43,838 nt of DNA from Octopus bimaculoides (taxonomy: Eukaryota), in contig NC_068983.1 in NCBI RefSeq assembly GCF_001194135.2, positions 113,645,761 to 113,689,598 of the forward strand, in the 5' to 3' direction. The position numbers were made by a program, and so were the translations under genes. The notes beneath the pieces are model-generated. The model was given only the letters and a program-made list of their open reading frames with translations. It searched no databases and had not been told where the DNA came from. Below, piece by piece: positions 9,389 through 21,595 of the stretch (position 1 is its first letter; every line of letters begins with the position of its first letter).

Positions 9389-11685
9389 GGTTAATGTTTA
9401 CAAGTACACCGGCACGAAAATATCGACCGTTCTTTTATGTTTTTTTTGTATTTTGTTTTTTTTTGGAAATTTTTTCAGCGGATTCCTGTTTTCGATGACT
9501 GAGATTCTGAATATGCCAAAAACCATATTTTCAAAATTTTCAATTATCCCCTCCCCACCCCAAATTTTTTAATTTTAACTTTTTTCAATTTTTTTTTTTT
9601 TTTTCAGTCTAGGTGGAAAAATATAGAGATTAAGTATATGGAAAAAAGAAAATAATTAATTTCAAATTTTCTATGAGGAAACTCCAAAATTGATTCATAC
9701 ACCCCTCACCACCCCATCCCGCTATCTAAAAGTGAAAATGAATGGCTTGTGTGTTTGTGTGTGCGCGTGCGAATGAACAGAGAAAATACACTGAAATACA
9801 TCTTACATGCCTGTCGTATACGTCGGTTTTGCTTTTTCGCTTTAAAGGTAAACGGTCCTGATAGAAGAAAATGTTTGTGTTCTTCATTCAAAAAGAATCA
9901 AAATTTCATAGGACTTCGTTCATGTGTATCCCCACACAAAAAAGTTTGTATAATCGGAAATCTATATGATATGACACATATTCGTGGAAAATTTCATTAC
10001 AAAATATCCATGTTTCTGAAAGTTAGGATCATCCAAAGTCGGTGGGGCAGAAATCTGTAGTTATGCCTGAATTTTAAGTGCATAGCGCCCACAAAATTGA
10101 CCACAATCGCTCCAGAGAAGAGAAGAGAAGTTTTTTGTAAAACAGATACTCTAGATCATTTCCAAGGGCACGGTGAAAAGAAATCTGAAAAATCTCCGTC
10201 AAAACAGAAATTCTAACTTGTTGGTGCTTCCTAACTCCGAAGTCGGCCTATATATGTATGTGTATCTATGTGTGTGTCTTTGTGTTTGACACCCCGTCAC
10301 TGCTTATAACCGCGCTGTTGCTGTACATTATTTACAATGGAGAGGTAGGTGTCCTGATCGTGTTTGTTGTTATCACAACGATTCGGCTGATGTACTCTCC
10401 AGCCTTCATCATGTATTTTGGTGGAATTTCGTACCTAACCCTTTATTTAACTCATGTTGCGATGTTCACATCCCTATACCTTAGTGGTTCGGCAAAAAAA
10501 ACAATAGAATAAGTACTAGGCTTCAAAAATAAGGGGTCATTTCGTTCGACTAAAGCCCTTCAGGGCGGTGCTCCAGCATGGCCGTAGTCAAGTGACTGAA
10601 ACAACTAAAAGAATAACTACACAATGTCACTTTTCTTCTTTGTGATGAACATCCATCGCCCTTCTATAATCTGAGTATGAATGTTATTTGGATAAAAAAA
10701 AAAATGAGTGACTCGTTGACCCACATAAAAAGACCCCATCGAATATCAAACGTGTTTCACGAAATTTTGGTATATTACAGATTTCTGCCCCCACCCCGAC
10801 TTTGGATGATCATAACTTTCAGAAAAATTGACATTTTGTAATAAAATTTTCTATGAATATGTGTTATATCATGTAGATTCCAAATATATAAGATTTTGGG
10901 GGAAAAGTATTTTATAAGAGGGTGGGGTGTGGAATTTCAGAAAATTCATCGGAGTCCACTTCAATTCGTCTTAACTTACAAGAAGATGGATATTTTTTAA
11001 TGAAATTCTCTATAAGTATACTTCGGACTATGTAGATTCCGAGGACGTAATATTTTTGGTGGGTGGGGGGACAATTGGGAGTTATTTTTGAGAACCGTTC
11101 CACACTCGCGGGTGTTTCTGAACAAGTTCATATTTGTAGAGAATTTCATTAAAAAATATCCATTTTCTTGTCCAAGTGGACTCCGGAGAATTTTCCGAAA
11201 TTCTCCACCCCGCCCCCAAAATTAAGCCGTATCCTAATATGCCACATATTTTATGCACTTTAGAAATAATTCCTGATGGACAAGAAGAATGGTTGGATTC
11301 TCACTTATGTTTAGATTAGGACAGCTCTCTCACACTTAGTAGCCTTTCATATTTGCAAGCCGTTCATTTCACTTTTAGATAGCGGGATGGGATGGCGAGG
11401 GGTGTATGAATCAGTTTTGGAGTTTCCTCATAGACAATTTGAAATTAATTATTTTCTTTTTTTTTTCTATATTCTTAATCTCCATATTTTTCCACTTAGA
11501 CTGAAAAAAAAATTTGAATGAAAGTTAAAATTTTAAAATTTGGCGTGGGAGGGGGTAATTGAAAATTTTGAAAACATGGTTTTTGGCATATTCAGAATCT
11601 CCGTCATCGAAAACATAGGAATCCGCTGAAAAAATTCCAAAAAAAGGTCGATTTTTTCGTGCCGGTGTAATTGTAAACATTAACC
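9389..11685. mobile_element. Non-autonomous foldback-type DNA transposon with long TIRs (Mutator/foldback- or Merlin-like)
   Basis: Termini are GGTTAATGTTTACAA and TTGTAAACATTAACC, flanked by a perfect 8-bp TSD CATCCATC (9381-9388 and 11686-11693). Outer arms are ~9389-9747 and ~11354-11685, with further nested inverted blocks inside and no ORF. Confidence 0.85.
10248..10616 (+). mobile_element. SINE family B 3' body inserted inside the foldback element
   Basis: Contains TTAGTGGTTCGGCAAAA...ATAGAATAAGTACTAGGCTT and GGCGGTGCTCCAGCATGGCCGTAGTCAAGTGACTGAAACAA. It includes an extra ~140-bp unrelated segment. Confidence 0.8.
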
Positions 11686-12382
11686 CATCCATCTACCATA
11701 CCACCACAACCATTTTGGAATACCACTGGTAGATCAAATTCTTCAAATTCTAATGAATAAACATGAATTTCTATGCTTATTACGTTTTAGTCTAAGTAAC
11801 GGCTTACCTACCAGCATCAAAGTTAAAATCTTTTCTCCCATACTATTGTGGGCATTTTTGCTAATATTCAGTTCGAGAGAATGTATTAAATTAGAGCCCT
11901 TTAAAAAAAGTGCTGAGTTCAGATTCTTCTATGCATTTATGAAATGCAATAAATGGAAGAAAACTTTGTCAGCTTTTCATTCTTCCTTCAAGCCTCACTG
12001 GTAACTTTTCATATATATACACGAATAAGCAAAGGGTTCATTGATATATGTTCGCAGTTTCGGCCACTCAAAATTCTTCATTATTTCACCCGGAATTTTA
12101 ACGGGATTCAGGTACAGACTCTTCCACCGTTGCTCCAATTATCAGAGTTTTCCACATAAAACTTAACATGATAATTGATTTGATTACCAAATACCATATA
12201 TTTGGATCGGTCAGGTGTAGAATACAATAGAAAAACGGTATCAATCACACTAATTCCATCATACTATCAGAGCTTCAGAACCTAGCATGAAAAATGCTTG
12301 TCAGTATTATTAAAATACCGTCATGGTAACTGTAGTAACTTCAAACGTATGGAAGACAACAAATAAATGGTTCTCAAAGCTA

Positions 12383-13910
12383 CACTGAACCGCAAAAGAA
12401 ACGCGATTTTTTCAAATGTTATTTTTATATAGTAAATTCTGAAAATTTATTTCGGGGATGTAAGTGTAAATATCCCAAGACATGCATGTTTATGGCTGAG
12501 ACCCAAATTGCAGATAACCTTTCAACTTACCCTGAAACGAGACGCCAAAACGCAGCTGCGTTGAAAGCCGTTGGTGGCAGTTGCAAACAATTGTCATGAA
12601 AACCGAAATGTACGTGCATCTCGTTGAGGTTATGGGTAGAAAAATCAACTTGAACCGCCTTCTTGGTGTTCGTAATTTGGACGCATCAGGTATGACCCGA
12701 TTGTCAGCAGCGCAGATAGAACAAGCTATCGGTCGATTGCAAGGAAGGCAGCGTGCCCCTGGTTGTTGCGAAAGCTTGCAATGTCCAAGTCAACATCATC
12801 TATCACCTGCAACAGCGATACAACAACAGCAACAGCACCGTAGACAGTGCCCGCAGAGAGCACCCCTGAGTGACCACGCCCCGGCAGGACCACTTGATCC
12901 ACCTGCAACACCTCCGTGATCGCTTCAGACTGTCCAGCGTGACAGTTCACGAGACAATTGGCACTGAACAGCGACCCATCAGCGACAATATGGTACGACG
13001 TCGACTGGCCGCCAACAACCTACGTTACTGTCGTCCTGCTCGAGGGCCTGTCCTCACCGCCCGCTACCGTCGGGCACGACTACAGTGGGCTACACAACAC
13101 CGACATTGGCGGCATCAGCAATGGAGGTTGATAGTCTTCTCTGACGAGAGCCGGTATTGCGTTTCCACCTCGGATGGCAGAGTGAGGGTGTGGCGCAAGA
13201 GGGATGAACGCTACAGAAATGCATATGTCATGGAGAAAGACGCGTGGGATGGCCAATGCATCACGGTTGGAGGTGCCAGAGGCCTGAATCAGAGAATTAG
13301 GCCCATGTATTCCAAAACGTTGGTGCAAGCAGAGGAAATGGCATCACAGCGCAGCGCTTCGTTGACCAAATCCTAAAACCTCACATCGTGCCCTTCATCG
13401 CGCGTCACCATAGCCACGTGTTCCAGCAGAACAATATTCCCTTACACACGTCCAGAGTCACCACTGACTTCCTGCATCAGAACAACATCAGAACCATGCC
13501 GTTGCCGGCTCTCAACCCGGATTTGGACCCAATTGAATACCTGTGGGATGAAATCCAGAGACGGCTGAACCAGGTGGTCTCAAGACCGACAACTCGTGTG
13601 GAACTTTCCTCAGGGTGTGGGCACAGGTGCCAATGGCTTTTGCGAACCGCCTCATGCACTTCATGTACCGATGGTGTACGGCCGTTTTGAACACTCAGGG
13701 AGGGCATACACAGTACTGAACACGTCACGCCCTACAATCTCGATGTACTGGTCCGCCCACTACCAGAACGCATTCCAACGACCCTTAGACTACGGTCAAA
13801 GTGCATCCAAGAAATTGACTTTATCAGCTTTATCAAAATGTATCTCTGACAATGAAATTAAAACCTATTTCACAGTCACACACGTCTCACGTTTCTTTTG
13901 CGGTTCAGTG
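12383..13910 (+). mobile_element. Tc1-family DNA transposon, complete ends, 1528 bp
   Basis: Perfect 21-bp TIRs CACTGAACCGCAAAAGAAACG (12383-12403) and its reverse complement (13890-13910), each flanked by TA (12381-12382 and 13911-13912). Confidence 0.95.
12692..13719 (+). pseudogene. Tc1 DD34E transposase pseudogene
   Basis: Starts MTRLSAAQIEQAIGRLQ and contains VTTPRQD and WRLIVFSDESRY (D1). D2 is mutated to N in FQQNN, followed by exactly 34 residues to PIEYLWDE. It ends GGHTQY* (TGA 13717-13719) and has at least three frameshifts. Confidence 0.93.
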
Positions 13911-13999
13911 TATTTGCCAAAGAAACCCAAGTAGGTGAAAATAGCTATCCTTTTCGCACCGGTAGAAACAAGCCTTAAAATTTGTTCGGATAGCATGAA

Positions 14000-15125
14000 A
14001 GGAAAAGTACATGTCCTACTCTTGCCTACTCCTAAGACATCTTATGCAAACAGAAATGTTGAGTCTGCTATTCTATGAAGTACGAATAAGTATAGATATG
14101 TGTTAACAAGACGGTTGGGGATGCAAAACATTCGTGATGGGCTTAGCTAATTCCAGTCGGTAAAATACAGTATCAACAATATGGCTTCCGGCGTTCCTTT
14201 TCCGTTTCTTATCCATGAAAAATACCCCATCATTCAATAATTTGCTGTCTATTTGAAAAATAGATCCGCTTTACTCTATCAACCTCTATATGACATTCAA
14301 ATGTCACTACGCTAACAAGTTTTTTAAAGCTGAACTATTATGACCCTTTAGAAATATATTGCCGTGTCACCAGATTCCGTCCTACTGTTGAAGATTCTAC
14401 TGTATCTAAAGATACAGTAAAATCTTTAACAGACTCAAGATTAAAATTACCTTTCCTTGTTCTCCTAATATTAAGTCATATATCAATAAGCAACAGACGA
14501 CTCAAGCCTACATTGGGTGCACATGCAGAGGCGAATCTGAATGTCCTCTGGGGTAGAAATGAGATATATACTCTGCTATTTATGGAGCACCGGTATCGGT
14601 GAACTATGACAACGGTCGATTAGAAATCAAGACTTATATCGGAACCGTGGGAGAAAATTTAATTCCAGACATAACAACCATTTTTTGAATTTCAGGTACC
14701 GTGATAAGAGGCATTCAACTAAACTATCGGCTTTAATCTGAAGGCTTAAAGATGAAGGACGTATCTACGTCAACAAATGAACGATCCTTTCGAAAACCAG
14801 ACCTTATATTGATGAGTCCAAAAGATGTTCAGTATATTCTCTTGAATAAATATGCCTTGAGAGCTTCCAACACAACGTAAATTCCAGGAACGAAATGTTT
14901 TCTAGTTGTTCACATTTTAAGAAATACATCTTGGCGAAATTTTAAAATAGGCTACGATCTGTTTACGTCTTTTTGACATTTGCTTAATGTCTTTTTCCTT
15001 TTGACCAGCATTCCTTATTCAAACGTCACCTGCTCAGAAAGCAACAAGCAAACAATCTTGTTCTCAGCTTGAATAATGGCGAGATAAATTAATGTTTCGA
15101 CCAGAGAACCCTGGGTAGCTGTATT
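14000..15125 (+). mobile_element. Decayed Penelope-like element 3' part: RT-thumb/linker plus GIY-YIG endonuclease
   Basis: Across broken frames it reads TIWLP, RLKITFPCSPNIKSYIN, CTCRGESECPLG..SAIY (Cys linker plus GIY half), KTYIGTVGENFNSRHNNH...RHSTKLS..I*RLKDEG (YIG half), ILSKTRPY..SKRC and NSRNEMFSSCSHFKKYILAKF* (TAA 14943-14945). The 5' boundary is approximate. Confidence 0.82.
15065..15121 (+). ncRNA. Degenerate type I hammerhead ribozyme downstream of the Penelope ORF
   Basis: CAGC-TTGAATAA-TGGCGAGA[loop]TTTCG A CCA-GAGAA-CCCTGGGT-A-GCTG. All three stems, a palindromic stem III and the GUA triplet are present, but both core strands are mutated. Confidence 0.6.
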
Positions 15126-15209
15126 TTGCAAGCCTTGTAGTTTTTATTATAGTATTATCTTTACTCTGTTAGCTGATCGATTGTTATTCTGCTTGTTGAA
15201 AGCTTAATA

Positions 15210-15263
<54 letters not shown>

Positions 15264-15566
15264 GTATGTGAGTGTATGTACTCTTATTAGTATTGGTTTC
15301 TTCATAGACGTAATATAAACTAGCGATGTGATGAATCCGTGTTTCTGTGTTCTCAATGATAACCATGTTTTATATCTCCGTTTATAAATGGCTTTTGAAA
15401 CAGACAAGAACTACACATAATTTCATCTTTCAATATGTAAATAAATATGTTCTAGACATAACAGCTGTATTATGTTCTATATCAACCAGTAACTGTACGA
15501 AAAATTTAATAAGCATTTTCTAAGCATTAACTCTGACGTTTCGTTTTAGTATTATAATTTATTATG

Positions 15567-15872
15567 TGGAAAGTACGTGGCTTAGTGGTTAGGGCATTCG
15601 ACTCACGATCGTGAGTTCAATTCCCGTCGACACATTGTGTCCTTGAGCAAGACACTTCATTTCACGTTCACTCATCTGGCAAGAATGAGTAGTACCTGTA
15701 TTTCAAAGGGCCAGCTTTATCACACTCTCTGCCGCGCTGAATCTCCATGAGATCTACGTGAAGGGTACACGTGTTTGGTGAGTGCTCAGTCACTTGCACG
15801 TTAATTTCACGAGCAAGCTGTTCCGTTGATCGTATCAGCTGGAACCCTCGTCGTTGTAACCGACGGAGTGCT
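15567..15872 (+). mobile_element. tRNA-derived SINE sharing its 3' tail with family A
   Basis: A box TGGCTTAGTGG, B box GAGTTCAATTCC and central GTGTCCTTGAGCAAGACACTT. The last ~170 bp match 3712-3877. Confidence 0.88.
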
Positions 15873-16704
15873 CCTTTTTCTTATTATGGTTTTGCAGTGA
15901 TAACTAACTTTACTGCTAAAAATGGGATACAAATGGAATCTAAGGAGCTTATTAATCTGTAAGAGAGACCATATAGATTATAGCACAAGATCATAAATTT
16001 AGTAGAAATAGCTATAACTGATTCGGTACCCGTGATCGATTAGCGCTTGATTTGTAGACTCTGGTTGGGTGTAACTGAAATACCAAAGGTACCTAAAACT
16101 CTTATTAACAATAATTGTTTTTAAATGAAAGTTTCGTATGAGAGAGTTTATAATCTATAAAATGAACCTTCACCGTATACTTGCTCATCATTGTACACAT
16201 TCTTAGAGATGAAAAGCAAAGTTGTAATTGTCTGGATTTAAATTCAAGAAGTAGGTGAAACGAAACCAATCAGAGAAAAGGATTTTATCAGCGTACTATT
16301 GTTTCCTTGAAATTGCCTTTAAAAATAATACTGATTCCGTAAAAGGACATGAAATCAAATATTTGTAGGAAAGATGTATAGTTGATGACAAGACAGGTCT
16401 AGTACTTTGTTTCGCCTCAGAGAGAAGAAAATCAGATTTGTTTCGGGTGAGATCTGAATTCAGAATAACTGAATGAATCAAACCAGTGATATCACTGATA
16501 CTTATTTTTCTGGACTTTGCAACAAGAAATTCGGAGTTAACGTCAGCAAATCTGAACTCAGAACTTAAAGGAATATAAGTAGGGACTGAGAAGAAGACAA
16601 TTCTGTCCAGCTTACGATTAATTGAGGTATTAATCAAGCTGCTAGTCAAACCACAATGACACCAATCATGCGAAAACAATATAACGATTTAATTACCCTG
16701 ATAT

Positions 16705-17079
16705 TCTTTTATTCTTCTACTTGTTTCAGTCATTTGACCGCGGCCATACTGGAACCTTAAAGGGTTTTAGTCGAGGAAATCGATTCCAGGACTTATTCTT
16801 TGTAAGCCTAATACTTATTCTATCGGTCTCTTTTGACGAACCGCTATGTTACAGAGGCAGCACATCAGGATAAGTTGTCAAGAGATGGCGGGGGACAAAC
16901 ACAGACACACTCATACATACATACATACATATGACTGATTTCTTTCAGCTTCTGTCCACTAAATCTACTCACAAGGCTTTAGTCGGCTCGAAGCTATAAA
17001 AGGTGCCACGCAGTGAGGATGAACCCGGAACCATGTGGTTAGGAAACAAGCTTCTTACCACACAGCCACGCATGTGCCT
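16705..17079 (-). mobile_element. Near full-length SINE family B
   Basis: The reverse complement aligns along the length of 27707-28127: head GGCACATGCGTGGCTGTGTGGTAAG, internal (TATG)n tract and tail AATGACTGAAACAAGTAGAAG. Confidence 0.88.
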
Positions 17080-17224
17080 ATATGACTATTTTTTCTTGAG
17101 ACCTCCTGATGAGATCTGGACTGACAACTTGAAGGAACTAAGCTAACAATTACAATTTATTAAGTGCGCCAGCTCACCAACAATCCTGTGCTGACATGAA
17201 TCAACCGCAAACACTTGAGTGTCA

Positions 17225-17350
17225 TTTTATTTTATCGACCCTGTAAGGATGAAAGGCAAAACTGATCTCAGCGAGATTTGAACTCAGTGCATAAAGAACC
17301 ATAAAATATACCGCAAGATGCTCTAACAAGTCTGCAAATCTATTGCCTTC
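17225..17350 (-). mobile_element. SINE family C fragment
   Basis: TTTTATCGACCCTGTAAGGATGAAAGGCAAAACTGATCTCAGCGAGATTTGAACTCAG is shared with 23040-23130 and 23440-23500. Confidence 0.72.
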
Positions 17351-17848
17351 ATTAATGCTGACAATAATAAAATTAAACAAAAACTGGATAAGAAAAAAAA
17401 AATTAAACAGGTGGATTGGAATTACTAGTGTCCATATTGATCTGACGAAAATGGTTTTAAAATGCAATTATTTGAAGAATATTACAATTAGACTTTACGT
17501 TGTCCAGAATACTGCAATTAATCTTATTCGCACCGTTTTACTAACATGCTATTATAGATCATCGATGAATGTGTTTAGATCGATATATTAAGAAGGACAC
17601 TGTTTAATTGCTTTGTTTTGAATTTTTCAAGTAGTATATTATCATATCTAAATGGTGGCAATGGTGGGGCTGAAGTGATGACGATGGAGATGGTAACAAA
17701 GATCAGTTTTTTAATCTACTGGATCACTGGAGAAAAAACAGCCAATGTAGAGGAAGAGTATCAGTCTTTTTTAGCTCATTCTCTCAGAAAATCTGAACGA
17801 AACACTCATTGTACTTGCCTACAGCTAGGTTGACTGAGATATTTCAGG

Positions 17849-17882
<34 letters not shown>

Positions 17883-17884
17883 AA

Positions 17885-18129
17885 ATGGTAAATGAGTATA
17901 TGCATATATACGTACAGGTATGTGCATACCGACATCCACCTGTATGTATAGGTGCATATCTGGGTACAGGACATTGCAAACAAAACAGAGACGAGAAAAC
18001 ACACAAGCCACATAGAGAACATTCTACTTCATCAGCTACCTCCGTTTTAACACCGGCGTTTCGAAGAGCTAGGCAGGACGCATCGTTAAAACAGCTCTTC
18101 CCATGGACCGCAAATTAAATTTGTATACA
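17885..18129 (-). mobile_element. Probable Penelope-like pLTR fragment with partial hammerhead elements
   Basis: Minus strand shows a GAAGAGCT/AGCTCTTC hairpin followed by GAA-ACGCCGGTGT-T, then a downstream CTGATGA. The upstream core is missing and the fragment runs into a gap. Confidence 0.4.
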
Positions 18130-18809
18130 NNNNNNNNNNNNNNNNNNNNNNNNNNNNNNNNNNNNNNNNNNNNNNNNNNNNNNNNNNNNNNNNNNNNNNN
18201 NNNNNNNNNNNNNNNNNNNNNNNNNNNNNNNNNNNNNNNNNNNNNNNNNNNNNNNNNNNNNNNNNNNNNNNNNNNNNNNNNNNNNNNNNNNNNNNNNNNN
18301 NNNNNNNNNNNNNNNNNNNNNNNNNNNNNNNNNNNNNNNNNNNNNNNNNNNNNNNNNNNNNNNNNNNNNNNNNNNNNNNNNNNNNNNNNNNNNNNNNNNN
18401 NNNNNNNNNNNNNNNNNNNNNNNNNNNNNNNNNNNNNNNNNNNNNNNNNNNNNNNNNNNNNNNNNNNNNNNNNNNNNNNNNNNNNNNNNNNNNNNNNNNN
18501 NNNNNNNNNNNNNNNNNNNNNNNNNNNNNNNNNNNNNNNNNNNNNNNNNNNNNNNNNNNNNNNNNNNNNNNNNNNNNNNNNNNNNNNNNNNNNNNNNNNN
18601 NNNNNNNNNNNNNNNNNNNNNNNNNNNNNNNNNNNNNNNNNNNNNNNNNNNNNNNNNNNNNNNNNNNNNNNNNNNNNNNNNNNNNNNNNNNNNNNNNNNN
18701 NNNNNNNNNNNNNNNNNNNNNNNNNNNNNNNNNNNNNNNNNNNNNNNNNNNNNNNNNNNNNNNNNNNNNNNNNNNNNNNNNNNNNNNNNNNNNNNNNNNN
18801 NNNNNNNNN

Positions 18810-18852
<43 letters not shown>

Positions 18853-19479
18853 CATGCATATACATATATACACACACACATATATACACACACATGCATA
18901 CATACATATATATAGATATGAAACATCTTTTCTTTCGAAATTGTATAACTGATTTTTAAGTGAAGTACAAGGCTACACAACTTAGAGACGAAAGGCGATA
19001 ATCAATTACATCTATCTCTACTTGACAGATACGTATTTTATACACCACAGAATGATGAAGGGTAAAACCAGTATGGAAGAATTTGAACTTAAGACTTAAA
19101 GAAAGCCAGATAAATATCACAAGATATCTGGTCCGACGCACGAGCGCTGCCAACAGTGTGTATCGTTTTCATTCAGGATTTTTCTCGTAATTTACCCTTA
19201 ATAGTTTCATTTATGCTTCTACACTGATAGGCTAAGACCTGCAGCAATCTTTAAAAACCCTAAATAAAGCAATAATTGAAATTCAGTTAGTGCTCGGACA
19301 TATAGTATTCTTAAACTGCAACATTTTAATCTTGCTATAAAATTGAAGTGGATATCCGTCTGTCTCTCCATCACATCTATTATAGAGCGGGAAAGAAGGG
19401 CGGAATCAAAATATACTACGTCACAATGTATTTTTAGAAGAGGAAGAGAAAAAAAATGTTGTTAAGAAAGAAAAAAAGA

Positions 19480-19640
19480 GAGAGAGAGGATGTGTGTGTG
19501 TCTGTGTGTGTGTGTGTGTGTGCGTGTGTGTGCGTGTGTGTGCGTGNNNNNNNNNNGAGAGAGAGGATGTGTGTGTGTCTCTGTGTGTGTGTGCGTGTGT
19601 GTGCGTGTGTGTGCGTGTGTGTGCGTGTGTGTGCGTGCGT

Positions 19641-19691
<51 letters not shown>
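19480..19691. repeat. Compound (AG)n/(GT)n/(GATA)n microsatellite around a 10-N gap
   Basis: Directly visible in the sequence. Confidence 0.95.
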
Positions 19692-19899
19692 TGGCCGGTA
19701 GTGTTGTCATCAAGGTAAATAGAAAGTTTTGATAAAAACGCTGGAATTTAAGTGCAAGTCTGTCAACAGAGCGCAACACAGTCACTGAGCACTTATACAC
19801 AATATTGCAGCTCAAACGGTAACCACTCAAAGGGAAAGTAGTGGGTATTTTGAAGCTACATTTGTTCTTATCACGAGTTAAGTGCAGTGCAAAATTTCT

Positions 19900-20275
19900 C
19901 GCGTTATAATTATAGTTGTTGTAGTTATTGTTATCATTATTATTCTACTTCTCAGAGCTCTCTGTCTTACTTGCTCTGTTTGATTCTCTGAGAGAAGATA
20001 GCAACCTGTTGCAATAGGTCTCACAGGGTCTCTTTCCGCAAACTATAAGCTTTATTAACTTTACATTAACTTATCGTGGAAGACATTCAACACCCAAGCA
20101 CCATTCTCAAAATCCTATCTGTCCCTAAAAGAGCGGTTTGGGGGCCTGTTCTGCCCTCATGTCAATTCCAATTTCTCTGACATATTTCTTGAACCTGAGA
20201 GTTAGTGCTTCGAGTGCCCCTGCAATTTCGTCTTTTAATTGTCTGTATTTCTCGATCTTTTCCGAGTTATTATCA
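19900..20275 (-). mobile_element. R4/Dong-type LINE 3' end (restriction-like endonuclease C-terminus plus 3' UTR)
   Basis: EKIEKYRQLKDEIA...GALEALTLRFKKYVREIGIDMRAEQA, then after a frameshift TALLGTDRILRMVLGC* (stop 20087-20089). The UTR ends in a TAA-rich tail. Confidence 0.82.
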
Positions 20276-20284
20276 TTATTAATA

Positions 20285-21082
<798 letters not shown>

Positions 21083-21229
21083 ATATACATATATTTTTAT
21101 TTATTTATTTATGGGTTTCAAGCAAGTGGCTGTGGTCATGCTGGAGCACCACCGTGACTTTCCGTCTTTATGCTGTGCTCTCTTCACGTTCCTTGCATGG
21201 CTCTTCTCCTCCACCTGATATAGTCCAAT

Positions 21230-21595
21230 CAAGAGTTTTGATGGCACATCTGGTGTATAATAGAATTTGACATCACTGCCCTAAACTGTGTCTCATTTCG
21301 AGCCCTTGGTTCGTTTGGTATCGTGGAGAGGAAAGCGTTGAGTTTTGTCTTGAAGACCTCTATATCCATGTCTTGCAGGTCTCTCAAATATTTTGGCAGG
21401 GCATTAAAGAGCTGAGGTCCTCTGAAACCGAGGCTGTTGCAGTACCTCGTTCTTATGTGAGATGCAGTGGACGGTACCCTTGGTACCATGCAGTGGCGAC
21501 CTGTGCGGGCATTCGTGTAGTACTTGATGCCAAAGTTTGGTACCAGTCCTTCCAGTATTTTCCATATGTATATTATAACATATCTCTCCCGCCTG
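21230..21595 (-). mobile_element. CR1/L2-group LINE ORF2 C-terminal fragment
   Basis: RRERYVIIYIWKILEGLVPNFG...RTGRHC...SLGFRGPQLFNALPKYLRDL...VFKTKLNAFLSTIPNEP. Confidence 0.82.

Noticed and set aside
12383-13910. Active or domesticated Tc1 transposase
   Set aside because: The second catalytic Asp is mutated to Asn and there are several frameshifts.
16296-16679. 127-aa minus-strand ORF in non-repetitive-looking sequence
   Set aside because: I recognise no domain, splice context or similarity. It is consistent with a chance ORF, though a TBLASTN would be needed to exclude it fully.
17106-17112. Other CTGANGA heptamers (1380-1386, 17106-17112, 23574-23580 on +; 9074-9080, 38065-38071, 41454-41460 on -) as hammerhead cores
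   Set aside because: None has the required stem II-GAAA-stem III-UH-stem I geometry. They are chance matches.
18069-18980. Long ORFs spanning N gaps (also 7028-7321, 21404-22123, 25266-26469, 38036-38324, 42486-43152)
   Set aside because: They consist of X residues and microsatellite translations (YI, CV, TH repeats). They are artefacts of gaps, not genes.
19480-19640. Direct duplication of GAGAGAGAGGATGTGTGTGTG... on both sides of a 10-N gap
   Set aside because: This is most likely an unmerged contig overlap or two haplotypes, not a biological duplication.
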